From NCBI GenBank assembly GCA_963666055.2, contig CAXWPH010000015.1, positions 64,001-128,000 on the forward strand: DNA of 64,000 nt, given 5' to 3'. Below are positions 28,653-39,683 of this stretch, piece after piece. Position numbers and translations under genes: made by a program. Position 1 is the first letter of the stretch. Every line of letters starts with the position of its first letter. The notes under the pieces are model-generated. The model saw only the letters and a list, made by a program, of their open reading frames with translations. It had not been told where the DNA came from and searched no databases. The stretch comes from Acidobacteriota bacterium (GTDB lineage: Bacteria; Acidobacteriota; UBA890; WLXD01).

Positions 28653-29090
28653 TCAGGGGACGTCCATGCGGGGGTCGAGCACGACCTCGTCGCCGTCGCA
28701 CATGAACTTCACCTTGTAGTAGTACGTCCCGTCACCGACCCCGCCGCTCGGGGCCGTTCCCGTCACCTCCCCACCCTGGCTCGTCCCGCCGTTCGAGAGT
28801 GTCCACGGGAAATTGTCCACCGGTTCGATCTCGAAGTTGCCGTTGTAGCCGCCGACTCGCTGCCATGTAGCGGTGTCGTCGCGGCCCAGGTGATGCCGAA
28901 ACGGATTGACCCGGATTCCGACCTGGCCCCCCGCGTTGCAGGTCAGAATGACGTTGATTGGCTGGGTAGCCTGCACCCGGGGCGGACCGGCTTCGAGGGT
29001 CTCAGGCGCCAAGCCTCGAACGCTCGCCGCAACAGCAGTGCCGGCGATGAGAAGCGTCAGTGGCAAGACAGCGAAGCGTTTCATCTCCAT
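28653..29090 (-). CDS. Small secreted beta-rich hypothetical protein
   Basis: GGAGG RBS before ATG 29090; signal peptide; two Cys; ends YYYKV..VVLDPRMDVP. Confidence 0.65.
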   Translation of the reverse strand: MEMKRFAVLPLTLLIAGTAVAASVRGLAPETLEAGPPRVQATQPINVILTCNAGGQVGIRVNPFRHHLGRDDTATWQRVGGYNGNFEIEPVDNFPWTLSNGGTSQGGEVTGTAPSGGVGDGTYYYKVKFMCDGDEVVLDPRMDVP

Positions 29091-29222
29091 CAGATGGCCT
29101 CCGTTCCGTTTCGGGTCCGCTCCCCAGGGGGGGCAATCCGTCGATTCGCCCCGACGTCGGGCCGCGTCTACCCGGCTGCGCTCCGCTTCGAACGCACAGG
29201 GAACCAACGGCCGCGATTCTAG

Positions 29223-29393
29223 CAGGCCGTGGTGAAAGTGTGGTGGGTCTGGCGACAGGGTCTTGCGAAGTGCAGGCAAGGAGAGAGGAGGAGGCGATGG
29301 TTACCCCATCGTTGACGAGGAACGACGCAGCATACGCGCGCAACCCCCTGTCGCCCGAAGGGTTACGGCCCACCACACTTTCACCACGGCCTG
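29223..29393. mobile_element. MITE, 171 bp, perfect 25-bp TIRs, flanked by CTAG
   Basis: caggccgtggtgaaagtgtggtggg (29223-29247) and its exact reverse complement (29369-29393); CTAG at 29219-29222 and 29394-29397. Confidence 0.9.
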
Positions 29394-29473
29394 CTAGGAA
29401 CCGGCAAGGGATTCCACAAGGGAGCTTCTATCTCATTGCCATTACCGAGGAGCACGGGTAGCGGCGCGGCGCT

Positions 29474-30046
29474 CTACGCGTTGCCGGGAAGATCCAGCAA
29501 CTCGCGCACCCTGCTCGTCAGCGCGCCCGGCGTGAACGGCTTCTGAAGGAACGCCGTCCCCTGATTCGACAGGCCGCGGCCGGCGTGAACCTCGTCCATG
29601 TAGCCCGAGATATACAGCACCTTCAGGTCCGGTCTCAGCATGGTCAACCGCTCCGCCAGCTCACCACCGCTCATTCCCGGCATCACCACATCAGTCAGCA
29701 GCAGGTTGATCGGCCCCTCGTGCCGCTCGGCGATCTCGATGGCCTTGGAGCCCCCCGGCGCCTCCAGAATCCTGTACCCGCTCCTCTCGAGGACCTCGCC
29801 GAGCAGGGCGCGCACCATCTCTTCGTCCTCCACCAGCAGCACCGTCTCCGTGCCCTCCAGCAACTTGACCGGCTCAGTCCTGGGTTCGAGCGGCTCGGTG
29901 GCCTCATCGACCCGCGGCAGGTAGATCTTGAACGTCGTGCCATGCTCCGGCTCGCTGTGCACGCCGATGAAGCCGTCGCTCTGTTTGACGATCCCGTAGA
30001 CCGTCGATAGGCCCAGACCCGTCCCTTCGCCCGGGCCCTTGGTGGT
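29474..30046 (-). pseudogene. 5'-truncated hybrid histidine kinase (end of HATPase plus receiver domain)
   Basis: Begins abruptly at TTKGPGEGTGLGLSTVYGIV; receiver VLLVEDEE..LLTDVVMPGMSG..FLQKPF. Confidence 0.85.
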
Positions 30047-30366
30047 AAGTCTTACACTGGCGCGTCTCCGCTTGCGTCACGTCTGCACTGCGCAGATGCG
30101 CATCCATTCGCCGGTCGCGAGCCCCGACCCGGCCGACCCGTCGACGGAATTCCGCAAAGACTGCTCAGCCTAGCGGATTAGAACGGCTCTCACCATGCGA
30201 GAGCGTGCAGCCGCTCGAGAAGCTCCGAGATCCGCGCCCCCGTCCATCTTGCCTTGTTTCCCAGCGCCGCCTTGCAGCTGTCCCGTCACGGAACAGGCGT
30301 GCTGACGAGCGGTGGTCCCGACAGCGTAGTGCCGATACAGATGGCATCCAGGAGAGTAGTCTTCCG

Positions 30367-31149
30367 TTACTTGAGCGTCACCCAGATCAGATCGATCGTG
30401 GTGTCGCCGGTGTTCCCTGATTCGTGCTGCGCGCTCAAGGGAACCGCGTTCGACCAGCCGACGGAGCCGGTCTCCGAGAACGGTGACGGATCGCGCTGCA
30501 CGCCGCCGCGGCGTCCCGACCAGATGCCTCCCTTGATGTGGATGTAAACCTGGTTGCCGGGATGCGAGTGGATGCCCTCCCACTCACCGGGGCGGAGGAT
30601 AAACCGTTGTACGACGACGCGCTCGTTCTCCAGCAGCACCTCACCGTCAGGGTCCGCCAGGTTCGGATAGGTCAACAGAACCTGCTTGTCGGCAGGACCA
30701 ACCGGCGCATCTTTCTTCAGCGTCACCCAGATCAGATCGATCGGTGCATCGCCAGTGTTGCCGGATTCGTGCCCCTCGCTGAGCGGAATCGGCTCCATCC
30801 AGCCCACCGAGCCGTCCTCACGGGCGGCACCGGAAGTTGGCTCGCCTCCTCCTCTGCGGCCCGACCATTGCCCGCCTTTGACATGCACGAAAACCTGGTT
30901 GCCCGGATGAGAGTGAATCCCCTCCCACTCGCCCGGGCCCACGACGAAACGTTGCACGACGACAAGCTCGTTCTCGAGCAGCACCTCACCGTCGGGATTT
31001 GCCAGGTTCGGGTAGGTCAACAGAAACTGGTTGTCGCTGGCGGCGGCCGGCGCCGGCGCTTGCTCGGGCCGAGTCACAGCTTGCTGCCTGCCGCCACAGG
31101 CGGCAGTAAGGAGGATCAAGACAACGCTCAGGGCCAGGCCAAGTCGCAC
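30367..31149 (-). CDS. Lipoprotein with two tandem cupin domains
   Basis: AGGAG RBS; lipobox LTAAC; 115-aa-period duplication with GEWEGIHSHPGNQV motifs. Confidence 0.85.
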   Translation of the reverse strand: MRLGLALSVVLILLTAACGGRQQAVTRPEQAPAPAAASDNQFLLTYPNLANPDGEVLLENELVVVQRFVVGPGEWEGIHSHPGNQVFVHVKGGQWSGRRGGGEPTSGAAREDGSVGWMEPIPLSEGHESGNTGDAPIDLIWVTLKKDAPVGPADKQVLLTYPNLADPDGEVLLENERVVVQRFILRPGEWEGIHSHPGNQVYIHIKGGIWSGRRGGVQRDPSPFSETGSVGWSNAVPLSAQHESGNTGDTTIDLIWVTLK

Positions 31150-31393
31150 GGTTTTCTCCTGCGCACGATGATCGCGCGCTGCCGTTTGCATTCGAAAAAC
31201 TCACCACCGCTAGCATTCACTGGGCGCGAGCTTGGTTCAAGAGTCGCCGCGCGCCGAGGGTGCTGACGAGGCTTCTTGACAAGTCTTTACGGGACTTTAC
31301 GGTTGCTTGGCATCGATTACCTACCCAGCGGGGTCGTAAATACTGTGAGACTGATCGGTCCGCGAAGGGTCCCCTCGGAGAAGAAACGTCAGG

Positions 31394-34192
31394 ATGACGG
31401 TACGCACGGCTCTGGCCTCAGTGTTGGTGGTGTCGCTTGGTGCCGGCGCTTCGGGCCTGGCTGAGCCGAGCCAGGTGGACGCTGTGACGGCGCCCACCAA
31501 GCTCACGCTGATGGGATGGAACATTCGAGGCCTGGGACAGAACCAGACCTGGGAAGTGGCCCGGGAGAGCATCATCGCGTACATGCTCGATTCCGGGGCC
31601 GACATCATCGCCCTGCAGGAAGCGCGCAGGGCCGTAGCCGACATGATGGCGGATCCCGCCCTGGGCAGCCGGTATGACTTCTACCAGACGGCGAGCGACC
31701 AGCCGATTCTGATCGACAAGTCGCTTCCCCTCACGGTGTCAGACGACGGCCCAAGCGGCGTCGGACTCTGCAGCGGAGGCACCGTGGCCACGATTCAGTT
31801 GCCGTCCGAGGCGACCTCCTTTCGCCTCTACAACAGTCACTTCTGCTTCGACCCACGCAACGCCACGGACGGAAGCGACCTCGTGAGGGTTGCCGACCCG
31901 GGCGACCGTTCCCAAATGGTCGTGGCGATTGGCGATTTGAACACCAGCCCCCGTTTCAACCCCGAGTTCGGAGCCGAGTTCGGCCTGACGGTCGAGCCGC
32001 TGGAGCACAGCTTCGGGGAGGTCGAGCTCGGTGCGGCGGTGCTGAGAAAGGTCACCGTCACCAACCACGCGCCACAGGATGTCGACATCTCGGCGATCCG
32101 GATCACCGGGCGCGGCCGATCGCAGTTCGATCTGCCAGCACGCCGGGACGCGTGCTCGGGCGCGATCTTGGCGCCTCGGCAATCCTGTCGTTTTCGGGTC
32201 GGCTTCGAGCCCACCGCGACCGGGCAGCAGCGAGCCAAGGCGGTGATCGACTCCAATGACCCCAACGGAAGCAAGATCCGAGTGAAGTTGCGCGGCACGG
32301 CGGTGACCGATCTCCGTGCCGCCGGCGGCGTCAAGAACTCTTCGCGGAGCGGCCGGCAGCACCTGGGTGAGCTCGTGCTAGTCAACGGCAACATCCTGAC
32401 GATGGACAGGGTCGACCGCGTCGTCTCGGGGGTCAGGATCGTCGACGGACACTTCGTGGAGGTCGGCGACGACGTCTCTGTCGGGGGCTCTGACGTCCAG
32501 GTGATCGATCTCGGCGGCAGGACGGTGACCCCGGGGCTGATCGACACCCACATCCATTATTTCCGCGATGCGCATGTACCCGGACATCTCCTCTCGAGCA
32601 TCGAGCGGGTCTTCACGATCCCGGACTTGCTCAGCGCGGTGACCGAGCGCGCTGTTACTGTGCCGGCCGGCGAGTTCATCACCGTTCTGGGCAGATTCAA
32701 TCCGAGCCAGTTTGCCGAGAACCGGCTGCCGACGCTCGCCGAGCTCGACGGCGCCGCGCCGGGTCACCCCGTCTACCTGCAGACGGGCTTCGACGGTCCA
32801 GCCGCGACCAACACTCCGGGGAAGGGGTACTTCGAAGCCCACGGCGTCGTCGTCGACTCAAGCGGCGTATTCAACAGAGGGCAGACTGATGCGCCTGTTC
32901 AGGCTCTCTTCGATGAGTTCGCGAACGCCGATACCCTGCGGACGGTGGGAGAGTACATGCGATTCTCGGCCTCGCTGGGGCTGACGATGGTACAGAACTA
33001 CTCGGGGTGCGGCGGCTTCGGTCGGCTGCCGGCCGGCACCCGTTGCGAAGAGAACTTTCTCGACCTGTGGCAGAGACGAGCATTGCGGCTACGGATTGGC
33101 ACCTCCGTAGGAGGAACCGGCACTCAAACCGATGGAAGCGGCATCTATCAGGTTGTTCCGGATACGGAAGCTGCCTTGCAGGAGCTGGAGGATCTGGGAG
33201 GAGGCGACGACATGTTCGATTTCTCCGCAACCGGAGAGTTCGTGGTCGGCAACTTCGGCTCCACGAGCGCACCCTTCGAGGACGCCTACCGGCAGATCGC
33301 CGAGCGCGGCTGGTCGCTGCGCCAGCATTCGATCAGCCCGGCGGAGAACGAAGCCCACATCTCCGCTTTCGAGGCGGTCGACTCGGTCGTCCCCATCGCC
33401 GAGATGCGCTGGGCAGTCGAGCACGTATTCTCGATCGGCGCCGACCACACCCGCCGGCTCGGCCGGATAGGCGCCGGCGCGACGGTTCAGAACCAGCAGT
33501 ACCTGCTGGGAGGCAGCGGGCCCCCGTATCGAGACCTCCTCGACAGCGGCATCGCACTGTCGGCCGGCACCGACGCCGCGGCCATCAGTCCCATGAGTCC
33601 CTGGATCTCGCTCTACCACATGGTCACGGGGAGGGACTCGTCCGGAAGGGTGGTCAACGCCGGTCAGCAGATCACCAGGATGGAGGCGCTGCGGATCTAC
33701 ACGAGGGGCGGAGCCTGGCATACGTTCGAGGACGAGGAGGTGGGCTCGATCGAGGTCGGCAAGCTGGCCGACCTGGTGGTCTTGAGCGACGACTACCTGT
33801 CGGTCCCGGACCAGGAAATTCGCACCCTGTCGTCCGTCCTTACACTGGTCGGCGGGGCGACCGTCCACGCGGCGGCCGAGTTCGTCGCCGCCCAACCCAG
33901 AAAGCCCAAGAATCTCCGCGCGGTCGCCGTGGCACCCACCGAGGTCACCTTGCGCTGGGACGACCGATCGGACAACGAGGATTCGTTCGAGATCCAGATG
34001 CAGCCGCCGGGAAAGAGCTTCGGTATCGCCGCGATCGTGGGGGCTGACGTCGACGACGTGACGATCACCGACCTGACGCCGGCCACGACCTACAGGTTCC
34101 GGGTCCGCGCCCTAGCCGGCTCGGAGAAGTCCGGGTTCTCCAACAAGCTCAGCGTGGACGGCTCGCAGCGAAAGCGCTCTGCGCCTCGTTGA
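31394..34192 (+). CDS. Secreted multidomain protein: EEP-like + ASH/choice-of-anchor D + Amidohydro_3 + fibronectin type III
   Basis: [18 protein letters not shown]; Ig-like C..LAPRQSC..F.P; [23 protein letters not shown]; [22 protein letters not shown]. Confidence 0.85.
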   Translation: MTVRTALASVLVVSLGAGASGLAEPSQVDAVTAPTKLTLMGWNIRGLGQNQTWEVARESIIAYMLDSGADIIALQEARRAVADMMADPALGSRYDFYQTASDQPILIDKSLPLTVSDDGPSGVGLCSGGTVATIQLPSEATSFRLYNSHFCFDPRNATDGSDLVRVADPGDRSQMVVAIGDLNTSPRFNPEFGAEFGLTVEPLEHSFGEVELGAAVLRKVTVTNHAPQDVDISAIRITGRGRSQFDLPARRDACSGAILAPRQSCRFRVGFEPTATGQQRAKAVIDSNDPNGSKIRVKLRGTAVTDLRAAGGVKNSSRSGRQHLGELVLVNGNILTMDRVDRVVSGVRIVDGHFVEVGDDVSVGGSDVQVIDLGGRTVTPGLIDTHIHYFRDAHVPGHLLSSIERVFTIPDLLSAVTERAVTVPAGEFITVLGRFNPSQFAENRLPTLAELDGAAPGHPVYLQTGFDGPAATNTPGKGYFEAHGVVVDSSGVFNRGQTDAPVQALFDEFANADTLRTVGEYMRFSASLGLTMVQNYSGCGGFGRLPAGTRCEENFLDLWQRRALRLRIGTSVGGTGTQTDGSGIYQVVPDTEAALQELEDLGGGDDMFDFSATGEFVVGNFGSTSAPFEDAYRQIAERGWSLRQHSISPAENEAHISAFEAVDSVVPIAEMRWAVEHVFSIGADHTRRLGRIGAGATVQNQQYLLGGSGPPYRDLLDSGIALSAGTDAAAISPMSPWISLYHMVTGRDSSGRVVNAGQQITRMEALRIYTRGGAWHTFEDEEVGSIEVGKLADLVVLSDDYLSVPDQEIRTLSSVLTLVGGATVHAAAEFVAAQPRKPKNLRAVAVAPTEVTLRWDDRSDNEDSFEIQMQPPGKSFGIAAIVGADVDDVTITDLTPATTYRFRVRALAGSEKSGFSNKLSVDGSQRKRSAPR

Positions 34193-34308
34193 CGCACCGG
34201 GCGATTTTCGGCCTCCCCAGCGCGAAGCTTTCGTCGCCGAAGTCGGCGCGTCCGATCGCGAACCCGGCGTGCGCAAACAACCCGGCCTTCGGGCCAGAGC
34301 CGCACAAG

Positions 34309-34518
34309 CTGTTCATGGATCAGCCGGTGCGCAATCTCTCCCTGGCGCAGCGCATGCGCTGCGAGCTGGCGGCGTCGCTGCTACACGGGCCGAAGGTGCT
34401 GTTCCTCGACGAGCCCACCATCGGGCTCGACGTGCAGGTGCAGAGGACGGTGCGTCGGTTCGTGAAGGAGTATCAGCGTCGCCATGAGGCGACGGTACAT
34501 GCTCACCAGCCACGACTT
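34309..34518 (+). pseudogene. Fragment of an ABC transporter ATPase
   Basis: [36 protein letters not shown], then frameshifted LTSHD; no Walker A motif. Confidence 0.8.
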
Positions 34519-34580
34519 CCTGTCTCCAACGGCCGCTGCACGGTACCCTGCCGATCCTCAGCTGAACTATGGAGGCTCCG

Positions 34581-37500
34581 ATGCGTGCGCTCTCTATTGC
34601 CCTGCTGTTGGTCCTGCTCACCGGCCAGGCGCTGGTCCCGGCGGTTGGTGGCGCTATCGGCCCCCAAGAAGAGGACGACGCCGCCACCCTCGAAGACCTG
34701 CTGGGTGGGCTCTCCTGGCGCGCCATCGGCCCTGCTTTCATGGGTGGCCGCACGGTCGACCTGGCCGGGGTTCCGGGGCGTCCCAACATGCTCTACATGG
34801 CGACCGCTTCCGGCGGCCTATTCCGCACCGAGGATCGGGGCGTCACCTGGGAGTCGATCTTCGACGACGGTGGAACGTTGTCGCTCGGGGCAGTTGCGGT
34901 AGCGCCGTCAGACCCCAATGTCATCTACCTCGGCACCGGCGAGCACAACCCGCGCAACTCGACGTCGTTTGGCGACGGGGTGTATCGCTCCACCGACGGT
35001 GGCGACACCTGGACGCACATCGGCCTGCAGACTACCGAGCGCATCGCCCGCATCCGCGTGCATCCGGACAACCCCGACCACGTCTACGTCGGCGCGATGG
35101 GGCACGCCTGGGGAGCCCACCCGGACCGCGGCGTGTACCGCAGCCTCGACGGCGGCGAAACCTGGGACAAGGTCCTCTACGTCGACGAGACCACCGGCGT
35201 ATCCGACCTGGCGATAGACGCCACCAACCCCCGCATCCTGTACGCCGGCATGTGGGACTTCCTGCGCCAGCCGTGGAACTTCCGCTCGGGCGGCCTGGGC
35301 AGCGGCCTGTACATGAGTCGTGACGGTGGCGACAGCTGGACCGAGCTCACCGACGAGAAGCTCGACAACGGGCTGCCGACCGGCGTGCTCGGACGGATCG
35401 GCGTGGCGATCGCCGTCTCCGATCACGACGTGGTCTACGCCATGATCGAGTCGACTGACGGGGCCCTGTGGCGCAGCAGCGACGGCGGCGACTCCTGGGT
35501 ACACGTAAGCGACGACCGCGCCATCGCCTCGCGCCCCTTCTACTACAGCGACTTCCGCATCGATCCGTCCAACGAGAATCGCCGCTACATGGTGGGAGGG
35601 CGATTGAACCTGTCCACGGACGGGGGCGCACCTGGCGGCGTATCGGCACAACGCATCACGGCGACCACCAGTCGTTCTGGATCAACCCCGACGATCCGAT
35701 GATGGTGGTCGACGGCAACGACGGCGGCATCGCCTACTCCTACAACGGCGGTGAGACCTGGGAGCTGGTCAACAACCTGCCGCTGCAGCAGGTCTACCAG
35801 CTCGGCGCCGACATGCGCGACCCCTACTTCGTCTGCGCCGGCTTCCAAGACAACGACGCCTGGTGCGGGCCGAGCAACACGATGACCAGCACCGGCATCC
35901 TCGAGGCCGACTGGTACCACGTGCAGTACGGCGACGGCACCTATATCCAACCCGACCCCAGCGACCACAACATCGTCTACGCCGGCTCCCAGGGCGGGAG
36001 CATCCTGCGTATCGACCTGCGCACCAACGAGAACCGCTCCATCCGCCCCTACCCGTTCTCGGGCGGCGCCGTCAGCGAGCACCCCTACCGGTTCAACTGG
36101 AACTCGCCGATCCACATCTCGCCGCACGACCCGAAAGCCGTCTATCTGGGCGGCAACATACTGTTCCGCACCAACGACGGCGGCGATTCCTGGATTCAGA
36201 TCAGCCCCGACCTCACCACCAACGACGAGGAGAAGCAGCGCCCGTCGGGCGGCCCGATCACCCCCGACAACACCACCGCCGAGTACCACACGACGATCTA
36301 CACGATTGCCGAATCACCGGTTCAGGCCGGAGTGATCTGGGTGGGCACCGACGACGGCAACGTGCAAGTAACGCGCGACGATGGAGCCCTCTGGACCAAC
36401 GTCGTGGGCAACATCCCGGTACCACCGGAGTCTTGGGTGTCGCGCATCGAGGCCTCGCGGCGCGACGCGGGCACCGCCTACGCCGCCTTCGACCGACACC
36501 GCCTCGACGACTTCGCGCCGTATCTGTTCATGACCACCGACTTCGGCGACAGCTGGGCCGACATCGGCTCGAGCCTCCCCGACCCAGGCTACCTACACGT
36601 AGTGCGTGAAGACCCGCGCAACCCCGACCTGCTGTACGTCGGCACCGAGTTGGGCATCTTCGCCTCCTGGGGCCCGGGGCACGACGACTCGGAGATGCGC
36701 GCCTGGACCTCGCTGCGCCTCGGGCTGCCGCCGGTGGCGGTGCGGGACATCCTGATCCACCCGCTCGCCAACGACCTAATCATCGGCACACACGGGCGCT
36801 CGATCCTCATTCTCGACGACATCACGCCGCTGCAACAGCTCGTAGCGGTACTCCACGGCACTGGCGGAGCAACGGCCTCGGCGGAGGGCGGCACCGCGGC
36901 CGGGACCGATGCGGCCGCTGTTCACCTGTTCGACATGCCCACAGCGACGCGCTTTCAACCGTACACGCGCGAGCTGCGCGTCGACCTGGGCGACAAGGTC
37001 TTCATCGGCGAGAACCCGCCCTACGGCGCCGTGATCTCCTACTTCGTGCCGCCGGGGCTGGATCTGTCGGAACCCGGACTCGATGCGGAGGAAGGCGGCG
37101 GCGTTGCGGACGTTGCCGAGTCAGATAACGAAGCGGCCCCCGAGGAGCAGGCGTCCGGGGAGCCCGCTGAGGCGGACAGTGAGCCTGCGATCAAGATCGA
37201 GATCCAGTCCGCCGACGGCGAGGTTGTCCGCACTCTCGAGGCACCCGCCGAGACGGGGCTCAACCGCGTCGCCTGGAACCTGCGGCACCAGTCGGAGGAA
37301 GAGCAAGCAACGGCGACCACGTTCCCGGGGTCCGGACCAACCGCACCGCTGGTGATCCCGGGGACCTACCGGGTGGTCTTGAAGGCGGCGGGGACGGAGT
37401 CGGCGACCGAGCTCGTGGTGCGGATGGACGCGCGCATCGAGGTCTCGTTACAAGACCTCCGCGCGCAGCGCGACGCTCTGCTGCTCCTGGCCGACCTGCG

Positions 37501-37927
37501 CGCCCGATCGAAGAAGGGGATCGAGCGCATCGACGACCTCGTCGGGCAGCTGCAGTCGCTCGGCGATCGGATCGGCGACGCTGACGCCGACGCCGCGGGT
37601 GACCTTGCGAGCACTGCAGAGGATCTCTCCGTACGTCTCGATGAGATCAGGTCAGGAATCACCAGCCAGCCACGTGCAGACGCCGACAGCGGCCCCGCCA
37701 GGCCTTACATCGCTGGCCCCGAGATCCACCAGAAGCTACGCACGCTCGCCTCGGCCGTCGGCCGCGCCTCCGCCGCCCCGACGCAGACCCAGGCCGAGTG
37801 GATCGAGCAACTTGGCGCCGACCTCGAGGAGGCACTCGGCAGCCTCGAGACGCTAGTTCAGGAGGATCTCAGCGAGCTCAACCGCCGTATCCTCGAGGCC
37901 AACGTTCCGTTCATCCGGCAGCGCTGA
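34581..37927 (+). pseudogene. VPS10/BNR-repeat (Asp-box) secreted glycosyl hydrolase-like gene with one frameshift
   Basis: WRAIGP and repeated S-x-D-G-G-x-T/S-W boxes; frame changes at the G5 run 35622-35626 (STDGG/RTW); may be a sequencing error. Confidence 0.8.
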
Positions 37928-37949
37928 GCTCCGACCCTCGTGGGGTTGG

Positions 37950-38450
37950 CTAATCTTCGGCCAGATCGCGCCGTGTGGGCGGCACGTGGCCCCGCTTGTA
38001 CACCATGATCGTGCGCTCGAACTCGATCACGGTGACGTTGTCCTGGTTGAAGCCGGTGGTCTTCACACGGACGATGCCGACGTTGGGTCGCGACTTGCTC
38101 TCGCGTTTCTCAAGAACCTCGGTGCGCGAGTAGATGGTGTCGTCCTCGAAAACCGGGTGCGGTAGCCGCACTTTGTCCCAGCCGAGGTTGGCCATGACGT
38201 TCTGGGAGATGTCGGTCACCGACTGACCAGTCACCAGCGCCAGCGTCAACGTCGAGTTAACGAGCGGCCGACCGAACTCGGTGCCCTTGGCGTACTCATG
38301 ATCGAAATGAAGCGGGTTGGTATTCATTGTCATCATGGTGAACCAGATATTGTCGGCGGTGGTAATCGTTCGGCCAAGCGGATGCGGGTAGACGTCGCCC
38401 ACCTCGAAGTCTTCGTAGACCCTCCCCTGCCAGCCTCGCTTGATCGCCAT
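37950..38450 (-). CDS. MaoC-family hydratase (RipB / itaconyl-CoA hydratase-like)
   Basis: YEDFEVGD..GRTIT..DN..MNTNPLHFD..ANLGWDKVRLPHPVF. Confidence 0.85.
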   Translation of the reverse strand: MAIKRGWQGRVYEDFEVGDVYPHPLGRTITTADNIWFTMMTMNTNPLHFDHEYAKGTEFGRPLVNSTLTLALVTGQSVTDISQNVMANLGWDKVRLPHPVFEDDTIYSRTEVLEKRESKSRPNVGIVRVKTTGFNQDNVTVIEFERTIMVYKRGHVPPTRRDLAED

Positions 38451-38482
38451 GTCGTCGACTCCTGACGGTTGTTTCCAGGGAC

Positions 38483-39670
38483 TCAGATTACCCGCGCTTC
38501 GCGCAGCTCGGTGATTTGTTCAGCATCGAAGCCGAGCTCCTCGAGGATGGACTCGGAATGCTCGCCCACCTCCGGGATCGGCCCCAGAGCGGGCGCGTAA
38601 GCGGAGGTCGTCACCGGCGGCAGCAGGGCGCGCAGCTTTCCGGCCGCCGAGTCGACCTCGCACCAGCGATTCCGCGACTCGAGTTGTGGGTGGGCGAGGA
38701 ACTCTTCGACACGGTTCATTTTGGCATGCGCCAGGTTGGCGGCCTCGAGAGCCTGCTCGACGTCCTGGACGGTACGAGCCTGGAACACGTCCTCGATGAG
38801 CTCGGTGAGGGCTTCGACGTTGGCCACCCGCTGCGGGCCGCTCGCGTAGCGTGGGTCGGCGGCGAGCTGCGCATCGCCCAGCACGCGCTCGCAGAAACGT
38901 GACCACTCACGCTCGTTCTGAACCGCCAGAAATACCGCCTTGCCGTCGCCGCAGCGGAAGGGGCCGTAGGGGGCGATGGCCGCGTGCCGGGGGCCGCTGC
39001 GCCGCGGCGCCGATCCAGAGTAGGCGGTGTAGTAGAGCGGGAACCCCATCCATTCGGCGAGCGCGTCGAGCAGCGAGACCTCGAGCGCCGCACCTTCGCC
39101 CGTGCGGCCACGTGCGATCAACGCGGCGAGCACGCCGGAGTACGCGTACATGCCTGCTGCGATGTCGGCAACCGGGATCCCTACCTTGCTCGGTGTTTGC
39201 TGCGAGCCGGTGATCGACATCAGGCCGCTCTCGGCTTGCACCAAGAGGTCGTAGGCCTTGCGATTACCGTAGGGGCCGCTCGAGCCGTAGCCGGAAATGG
39301 TGCACACGATGATCTGCGGGTAGCGGTCCCGCAGCGCCGGCGCGTCGAGGCCGAGCCGTTCGGCGGCGCCGGGTCCAAGGTTGTGCAGGAACACATCGGC
39401 TTTCTCGAGCAAGCGCTCCAACACCGGGCGCGACCCGGGGCTCTTGAGATCGAGCGCCAGCGACTCCTTGGAGCGATTCAGCCAGACGAAATGACTAGAG
39501 AGCCCCTCGACAGCCGTATCATACGAGCGCGCGAAGTCGCCGCGCCCGGGTCGCTCGATCTTGATGATCCGCGCTCCGAGGTCGGCCAGGTGACGGCTGG
39601 CAAACGGTGCGGCGACCGCCTGCTCGACCGCAACCACGGTGATTCCGTCGAGCGGCCGGGCGCCGGACAC
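38483..39670 (-). CDS. CaiB/BaiF class III CoA-transferase (itaconate CoA-transferase-like)
   Basis: RPLDGITVVAVEQAVAAPFASRHLADLGA..GDFARSYD..SHFVWLNRSKESL; KAYDLLVQ. Confidence 0.88.
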   Translation of the reverse strand: MSGARPLDGITVVAVEQAVAAPFASRHLADLGARIIKIERPGRGDFARSYDTAVEGLSSHFVWLNRSKESLALDLKSPGSRPVLERLLEKADVFLHNLGPGAAERLGLDAPALRDRYPQIIVCTISGYGSSGPYGNRKAYDLLVQAESGLMSITGSQQTPSKVGIPVADIAAGMYAYSGVLAALIARGRTGEGAALEVSLLDALAEWMGFPLYYTAYSGSAPRRSGPRHAAIAPYGPFRCGDGKAVFLAVQNEREWSRFCERVLGDAQLAADPRYASGPQRVANVEALTELIEDVFQARTVQDVEQALEAANLAHAKMNRVEEFLAHPQLESRNRWCEVDSAAGKLRALLPPVTTSAYAPALGPIPEVGEHSESILEELGFDAEQITELREARVI

Positions 39671-39683
39671 TACTGGCCTGCCA

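Noticed and set aside
29091-29279. N-terminal extension (..PDPPHFHHGLL..) of the 208-aa ORF
   Set aside because: It is translated MITE sequence; the RBS and signal peptide point to ATG 29090
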